Origin: Thermoanaerobaculia bacterium
GTDB taxonomy: Bacteria > Acidobacteriota > Thermoanaerobaculia > Gp7-AA8
Assembly: GCA_046594105.1 (NCBI GenBank)
Contig: JBKJQB010000248.1
Location: forward strand, 4,598-68,597
Length of the DNA stretch: 64,000 bases
Direction: 5' to 3'
Of the stretch, positions 59,068 through 64,000 are shown piece after piece (positions within the stretch are counted from its first letter, which is position 1; each line of letters begins with the position of its first letter). The translations under genes were made by a program, and so were the position numbers. A model generated the notes under the pieces. It was not told the origin of the DNA and ran no database searches. It saw nothing but the letters and a program-made list of their open reading frames with translations.

Positions 59068-59499
59068 ATGAAACGAATTCTGCTGACCGGTCTGGCAGTC
59101 ACCTTCGCGCTCGTTTCCACGTCCTGCGTGAAGAAGGAGTCGAATGGCTCCCATCAGGTCATCGAGCCCTCTCCAGCGACGAAAGATGCCGCCCGACGTG
59201 CGGGAGAACAAGCGAAAGAATCCGGCGAACAGCTGAAAGAGACCGCACGAAAAATTAACGACTCCGAGGCGATGCAGCAGATCAAGGCCGGCGCGAAGGA
59301 AGCGGGACGCGGACTCAAGGAGCAGGCGGGAGTGGTGGCCGAAAAGGCTGGGGAGAAACTGCAGGAAGTCGGAAGAAACGTCCAACGCGATGCGGCCGCC
59401 AGTAGCTCCAGCGACACCAGTACCACCATCGGCAACACCACCACCAGCAGTACAACCACCACCGTCATCACCCGGACCACCACCACGCGGCACCGATGA
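59068..59499 (+). CDS. Hypothetical lipoprotein with charged helical region and Ser/Thr-rich C-terminus
   Basis: Signal peptide plus lipobox VSTSC. KE-rich repeats. Poly-T/S tail. Confidence 0.5.
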   Translation: MKRILLTGLAVTFALVSTSCVKKESNGSHQVIEPSPATKDAARRAGEQAKESGEQLKETARKINDSEAMQQIKAGAKEAGRGLKEQAGVVAEKAGEKLQEVGRNVQRDAAASSSSDTSTTIGNTTTSSTTTTVITRTTTTRHR

Positions 59500-59665
59500 T
59501 GTCGCTTTGATCGAGTGCAAATCATCCCGGCGTCGTGGACAGTTCCACCGAGGACCCCGGTGATGTCACTCATTGCGGCCAGCAGCACAAGCGCGTGGTC
59601 CGTGCCGCGCTGGAAATGTTCACGCACGACACCCCGCCGGGGAAAGTGGTGACAAAGACGGTGTA

Positions 59666-59752
59666 GAAAACCAGAAACCAGAAATCAGAAAGAAACCACG
59701 TCGGCAACGTTCTCCCCTTTCTGGTTTCTAGTTTCTGGTTTCTAGTTTCTGA
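59666..59752. repeat. AT-rich palindromic array of heptamer repeats, (CCAGAAA)x3 ... (CT(G/A)GTTT)x4, upstream of speA
   Basis: GAAAACCAGAAACCAGAAATCAGAAAGAAACC ... TTTCTGGTTTCTAGTTTCTGGTTTCTAGTTTCTGA. About 35% GC in a ~68% GC background. Ends 37 bp before the speA ATG. Confidence 0.7.
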
Positions 59753-59788
59753 CCCCCTCCCCCGCCTCTTGTTCTATTCTTCCCGGCG

Positions 59789-61729
59789 ATGGAAGCAAGA
59801 GTGAACACGATCGATGACCAGCAGCCCTGGACGGCACAGGATGCGTCCGACCTGTACATGATCGAGCGCTGGGGCACCGGTTACTTTGGCGTCAACGCGA
59901 ACGGCGACCTCACCGTCTCGCCGCTGCAGGAAGCGGGGACGGCCATCCCCATCATCGACGCGCTGCGAGAAGGGCAGGCTCTCAATCTCGCCGCGCCGTT
60001 GCTGATCCGCTTCCAGGACCTGCTGCGCCACCGCGTGGAAATGCTCAACCACGCCTTCCAGCGCGCCATGGCCGACCACTCCTATCGCGGAACCTACCGG
60101 GGAGTCTTCCCCATCAAGGTGAATCAGCTGCGCGAAGTGGTGGAAGAGATTCTCGACGCCGGTCGCCCCTTCAACTACGGCCTGGAAGTGGGATCGAAAC
60201 CGGAGATCTACGCCGGTCTGGCCGTACACAACGACCCGGAGTCGCTGATCGTCTGCAACGGGTACAAAGACACCGGGTATCTGCGCATGGCCATGCTGGG
60301 GCGGAAGCTCGGCAAGAAAGTCATCGTGATCGCGGAGAAGCTTTCGGAGCTCCGAGCCATCACGAAAATCGCCGCGGAGATGAACGTTGAGCCCTGGATC
60401 GGAATTCGGGTCCGGCTGCTTTCCAAAGGCTCCGGCAAGTGGGCCACCTCCGGCGGTGAGCATGCAAAGTTCGGTCTGTCCACCTCCGAGATTCTGGAAG
60501 CGATCGAGATCCTCCGCGAGGCGAAGATGGAGTCGGCTTTCAAGCTCCTCCACTTCCACATCGGCTCCCAGATCCCCGACATTCTGACCATCAAACGCGC
60601 CGTGCGCGAAGCGGCCATGTACTACGCCAAGCTCCACAAGCTCGGCCATCCGCTGGAGTATCTCGACGTTGGCGGGGGACTGGCCATCGACTACGACGGC
60701 TCGCGCTCCACCTTTCACTCCTCCATGAATTACACGGTGGAGGAGTACGCCTCCGACATCGTCTACAACATCATGGATGTCTGCGATGACGAGAAAGTGC
60801 CGCATCCAAACATCGTGTCGGAGTCGGGGCGGGCCATCGTCGCGCACCATTCCGTGCTGGTGGTCCAGGCCTTCGGCGCAATCGAGAAAACACCGTTGGA
60901 GCCACTGACTGTTCGCTCCGCCGATCACAAGCTGACGCGAGAGATCATCGAGATCGACGAGCGTCTGAGCCAGGACAACCTCAACGAGTCGTGGCACGAC
61001 CTCCAGCAGATCAAGGAGCAGTCGCAGCGCATGTTCGAGGTCGGGCTGCTCAACCTCGACGTGAAAGCGCGTGTGGAAATGCTCTTCTGGCAGATCGCCG
61101 AACGGATGGAGCAGATCATCCGAGTGATGGATCCCGAAGATGTACCGGAGGATCTGCGGACCCTGAAGATCGAGCTGGCCGATCAGCACATCTGCAACTT
61201 CTCCGTCTTCCAGTCCTTGCTCGATCACTGGGCCCTGGGGCAACTCTTCCCCATCGTTCCCATCCACCGGCTGAATGAACGCCCGCAACTCGAATCCACG
61301 CTGGTCGACATCACCTGCGACTCCGACGGCAAGGTCTCCAAATACATCGACCTCAACGACGTCCGCGAGACTCTTCCCCTCCACGAGATTCGCGAGAACG
61401 AGCCCTACTACCTCGGCATCTTCCTCACCCGCGCGTACCAGGACATCATGGGGGACATCCACAATCTGTTCGGACGCGTCAACGAGGTTCACGTTTTCCT
61501 CGATCCCGACGAGGAATCCGGTTTCTACATCGAAGAAGAGATCGCCGGGCAGTCCATCGGAGAGGTGCTGGCCATGACGCAGTACGACTGGCGCGACCTG
61601 GAGAAGCGGATGAAGGCGCAGATCGATGCGGCCATCAAGCAGGACCGCCTCAAGCCGACCGAGGGGATGCGTCTGCTGCAGGAATTCGAGCGCGGTTTGA
61701 AGGAACAGACCTACCTGAGCATCGACTGA
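59789..61729 (+). CDS. speA: Biosynthetic arginine decarboxylase
   Basis: 646 aa. PLP Lys region FPIKVNQ. HIGSQ and GGGLAIDYDG motifs of SpeA. Confidence 0.9.
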   Translation: MEARVNTIDDQQPWTAQDASDLYMIERWGTGYFGVNANGDLTVSPLQEAGTAIPIIDALREGQALNLAAPLLIRFQDLLRHRVEMLNHAFQRAMADHSYRGTYRGVFPIKVNQLREVVEEILDAGRPFNYGLEVGSKPEIYAGLAVHNDPESLIVCNGYKDTGYLRMAMLGRKLGKKVIVIAEKLSELRAITKIAAEMNVEPWIGIRVRLLSKGSGKWATSGGEHAKFGLSTSEILEAIEILREAKMESAFKLLHFHIGSQIPDILTIKRAVREAAMYYAKLHKLGHPLEYLDVGGGLAIDYDGSRSTFHSSMNYTVEEYASDIVYNIMDVCDDEKVPHPNIVSESGRAIVAHHSVLVVQAFGAIEKTPLEPLTVRSADHKLTREIIEIDERLSQDNLNESWHDLQQIKEQSQRMFEVGLLNLDVKARVEMLFWQIAERMEQIIRVMDPEDVPEDLRTLKIELADQHICNFSVFQSLLDHWALGQLFPIVPIHRLNERPQLESTLVDITCDSDGKVSKYIDLNDVRETLPLHEIRENEPYYLGIFLTRAYQDIMGDIHNLFGRVNEVHVFLDPDEESGFYIEEEIAGQSIGEVLAMTQYDWRDLEKRMKAQIDAAIKQDRLKPTEGMRLLQEFERGLKEQTYLSID

Positions 61730-61824
61730 ACGGCTGGGTCCGTTTCGGAATGACAGCGCCTCACGCATCGTTATTGGAACAGCAACCACTCTCGTTTCGC
61801 CAACGCAATTCTGAGGAGATATCG

Positions 61825-62754
61825 ATGCGTAAGTCGCTCATGCTGTGCCTGCTTGCGCTCCTGACCGTCGCGGGCAACGCGTTCGCCGTCGGCGAAGGAC
61901 GGATTCAGGGGAAAGTCACCGATGCAGCCACGAAGGCTCCGGTGCCCAACGTCGTGATCCAGGTCGTGTCCACCGGAAGCCGCTCCTTCAAATCCGATTA
62001 CAAGGGTGAGAAGGATGGGTCCTACCGATTCCTGATCCTTGACGCCACGCTGCCGTACAAGTTCACCTACTCCGCGCCGGGATACCAGCCCTTTTCCGTC
62101 CCCATCAAACTGAAGCTTGGCGATGCCACCATCCAGGACGTCAAGCTGGTCCCGGAGAGCGCCGCAGGAGCGGCCACTCCCGGAGCTGCTGCTCCAGCCA
62201 AGGCGGACCCCGCCGTGGTCGCCTACAACGAAGGCGCGGCGCTGGCCAACGAAGGCAAGAACGCCGAAGCCATCGCCAAGATGGAACTGGCGATCGCCGC
62301 GAAGCCGGACTTCACCGCCGGTCTGGAAGGCGTGGCCAAGCTCTACCTGCGCACCAAGCAATATGCCAAAGCGATCGAACGTGCGAACAGCGCGCTTGCG
62401 ATTTCGGCCGACGAGATGGACATGTATGCCGTCCTCGCAGACGCCTACGCTGCCTCCGGCGACAAGGTGAAAGCCGCCGAAGCGCGCAAGAAGCTTCCGG
62501 CGGACCCGACCTCGCTGTTCAATGACGCTGCTCGTATGATCAACTCCGGCAAAGACAAAGAGGCGGAGGTGCTTCTGAAGCAGGCCATCGCCGCCAACGA
62601 CAAGATGGCCCCCGCCTACTACGAGCTGGGAATGATCTACGTCCGTGGTCAGAAGAACGCGGACGCGAAGGCGAACCTGCAGAAGTATCTGGAGCTCGAC
62701 CCGAGCGGCAAAGACGCAGCCACGGCCAAAGAAATGCTGAAGTACGTGAAGTGA
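61825..62754 (+). CDS. Secreted protein with N-terminal carboxypeptidase-regulatory-like (CarbopepD_reg) beta-sandwich domain and C-terminal TPR repeats
   Basis: Signal peptide. GRIQGKVTDAATKAPVPNVVIQV...YKFTYSAPGYQP is a CarbopepD_reg pattern. TPR units follow. RBS GAGGAG. Confidence 0.65.
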   Translation: MRKSLMLCLLALLTVAGNAFAVGEGRIQGKVTDAATKAPVPNVVIQVVSTGSRSFKSDYKGEKDGSYRFLILDATLPYKFTYSAPGYQPFSVPIKLKLGDATIQDVKLVPESAAGAATPGAAAPAKADPAVVAYNEGAALANEGKNAEAIAKMELAIAAKPDFTAGLEGVAKLYLRTKQYAKAIERANSALAISADEMDMYAVLADAYAASGDKVKAAEARKKLPADPTSLFNDAARMINSGKDKEAEVLLKQAIAANDKMAPAYYELGMIYVRGQKNADAKANLQKYLELDPSGKDAATAKEMLKYVK

Positions 62755-62785
62755 CGCAACCGTTCAAGCGACCTGGCATAAGCTG

Positions 62786-62818
62786 ACGGGGAGCATCACG
62801 CTCCCCGTTTTCTTTTTC
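62786..62818 (+). terminator. Rho-independent terminator
   Basis: ACGGGGAGC-ATCAC-GCTCCCCGT followed by TTTCTTTTTC. Confidence 0.75.
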
Positions 62819-62829
62819 TGGAGGATTCC

Positions 62830-63282
62830 ATGCGACGCCTGCTGATCCCCGCCGTTCTCCTTCTGGCTTCGTGTTCGCTGCAGACCGCGGGCAGATCGAA
62901 CCTCCCGGAACCGACCATCGAGCTCAATCAGTTGTCGCGCATCGCCGACCCCACCCGCAACGTGACCGGCCCGCTCAGCGTGCAGTTCCAGGTAACGGTG
63001 ACCAACAACGCCGCGCAGCCCATCGAGCTGCGAAGAGTCGATTTGCAGTCGGTCGGCTTTGGTTCCTACGACCTTTCGGCCACTCACCCCTTCTCACTGT
63101 CGATCGCTCCCGGAGCGACGGAATCGGCCAGCTTCTGGGCATCCGGATCCATCGACACATCGTCGCTCAACGGCGCGAACGGTCCGGTGACCCTGCGCGC
63201 GGCACTTCAATTTGAATCAGCGGCCGGCGGCTTCCAGTCGACGGTCATCCGCTCGGTCAACCGCCAGGGATCAGGAGACTGA
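62830..63282 (+). CDS. Hypothetical lipoprotein (paralog 1)
   Basis: Lipobox LLASC. Ig-like pattern VQFQVTVTNNAAQPIELRRVDLQ. Confidence 0.55.
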   Translation: MRRLLIPAVLLLASCSLQTAGRSNLPEPTIELNQLSRIADPTRNVTGPLSVQFQVTVTNNAAQPIELRRVDLQSVGFGSYDLSATHPFSLSIAPGATESASFWASGSIDTSSLNGANGPVTLRAALQFESAAGGFQSTVIRSVNRQGSGD

Positions 63283-63283
63283 C

Positions 63284-63742
63284 ATGTTTTTCCGTGCGGC
63301 TTTTCTCGTCGCTCTTCTGTTCGCCGGATGCGCGAGCGGTCCGGCAGGTGCGCTCGCCAAGCTGCCACGACCGAAGGTCCAGATCCTCTCCCGTACCAAT
63401 CTCGTGGAGAGCTCGCCGAGCATGGCATCCGGCGTCGCCGTTCACTACGAAATCCGCATCACCAACCAGGCGGAGATCCCCATCACGCTGAAGCGCATCG
63501 ATCTCGACGCCATGGCCGGCGGAGGGTTTGAGGTGCAGGCCAAGACACGCATCTTCGACGTGACCATCGCCCCCACCGAGACCCGCTCCGTCGATTTCGA
63601 CACCACCGCCTACATCAACGACCCGCTCGGCGCCGACGCGCGCCAGCCCGTGGCCATCCGCGCCACCACCCTCTTTACCACCGCCCAGGGAAAGCTGCAG
63701 AGCATCACCCAGCAGCGGGTGAGCATGGTTCCCGAGGATTAG
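63284..63742 (+). CDS. Hypothetical lipoprotein (paralog 2), translationally coupled to paralog 1
   Basis: Lipobox LFAGC. Homologous pattern VHYEIRITNQAEIPITLKRIDLD. Starts 1 nt after the upstream stop. Confidence 0.55.
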   Translation: MFFRAAFLVALLFAGCASGPAGALAKLPRPKVQILSRTNLVESSPSMASGVAVHYEIRITNQAEIPITLKRIDLDAMAGGGFEVQAKTRIFDVTIAPTETRSVDFDTTAYINDPLGADARQPVAIRATTLFTTAQGKLQSITQQRVSMVPED

Positions 63743-63761
63743 GGGCGGAGCGGCGTAGGGC

Positions 63762-63798
63762 GGAGACGGGTGTGGTGCGGCCGTCCCGGCCGCCCTCG
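63762..63798. repeat. Single GC-rich REP hairpin unit (same family as 44717-44824), ~130 bp upstream of an IS200-like gene
   Basis: GGAGACGGGTGTGGTGCGGCCGTCCCGGCCGCCCTCG contains the GCGGCCG-TCC-CGGCCGC hairpin with GTGTGG and GGAGACG flanks. Confidence 0.7.
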
Positions 63799-63928
63799 AT
63801 GTCCGTTCCTGCCGGGGCGCGCCGGAGGCGCAGCCAGAGGGTAGCCGGTCGGCAAGCGCGAAGCGCGCAGCCACCGGATACGATCGCCTGATCAAGACGC
63901 CGCCCCGGCGGGGCGGCAGAGAGGCTGC

Positions 63929-64000
63929 GATGCCATCCACACACGTCAGCCTTCATTACCATCTCGTCTTCAGTACGAAGGACCGTAGCCCCTTCATCTC
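63929..64000 (+). CDS. IS200/IS605-family (Y1/HUH) transposase-like or REP-associated tyrosine transposase, 5' end only (runs off the window)
   Basis: MPSTHVSLHYHLVFSTKDRSPFI matches the N-terminal HxH / YHLVF..K.R pattern of IS200 TnpA-like proteins. RBS GAGAGG. Confidence 0.45.

Noticed and set aside
59774-61789. 671-aa minus-strand ORF
   Set aside because: Exactly antisense to speA, whose protein has unmistakable arginine decarboxylase motifs.
1-64000. CRISPR arrays, rRNA, integrons, prophage modules, toxin-antitoxin pairs
   Set aside because: Searched by eye for regularly spaced direct repeats, 16S/23S signatures, attI/attC, integrase or terminase motifs and small paired ORFs. None found. 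The repeats present lack spacer periodicity.

Overview
This window is a high-GC (about 67-70%) bacterial chromosomal segment. Inferred from domain content, not from any search, it looks like an Acidobacteriota-type genome: many ECF sigma/anti-sigma pairs, TPR and carboxypeptidase-regulatory-like secreted proteins, and a giant cyclic glucan synthase. Most of it is housekeeping. It holds the 3' 6.7 kb of a GT84-GH94 cyclic beta-1,2-glucan synthase and one tRNA-Ser(GCU). It also holds dnaB, purD-purE, purM-purN, pyrF, speA, hslO, a fabH-like gene, hbd, polX and an NAD-isocitrate dehydrogenase. There are three separate ECF sigma/anti-sigma modules within about 16 kb, each with a different periplasmic third component: a DUF4097-like beta protein, two LTXXQ/Spy-like proteins, and a standalone secretin/TonB-N-like domain protein. 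Other genes include an NfeD-stomatin operon, a LigB-type extradiol dioxygenase fused to a RidA deaminase domain, a GGDEF-EAL sensor, an ABC exporter, a cation diffusion facilitator, an HNH endonuclease in a lower-GC islet, and the 5' end of an IS200/IS605-like transposase at the window edge. At least three families of small intergenic repeats are visible directly in the sequence. One is an ~80-bp REP-like element with four full copies plus two partial/variant copies. One is a 120-bp internally palindromic MITE-like element present as an inverted pair flanking a dacC-like gene, purN, purM and a small membrane-protein gene. One is a ~30-nt GC-rich hairpin REP found downstream of polX and again beside the IS200-like gene. 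Several intrinsic terminators, a 12-bp tandem repeat, an AT-rich heptamer palindromic array upstream of speA, an in-frame TAG splitting a beta-propeller gene, and a sharp GC dip inside a kinase-fold gene are also reported. No CRISPR array, rRNA or obvious prophage was seen. No single, clearly novel multi-gene system stands out; the most interesting candidates are listed as findings with explicit uncertainty.
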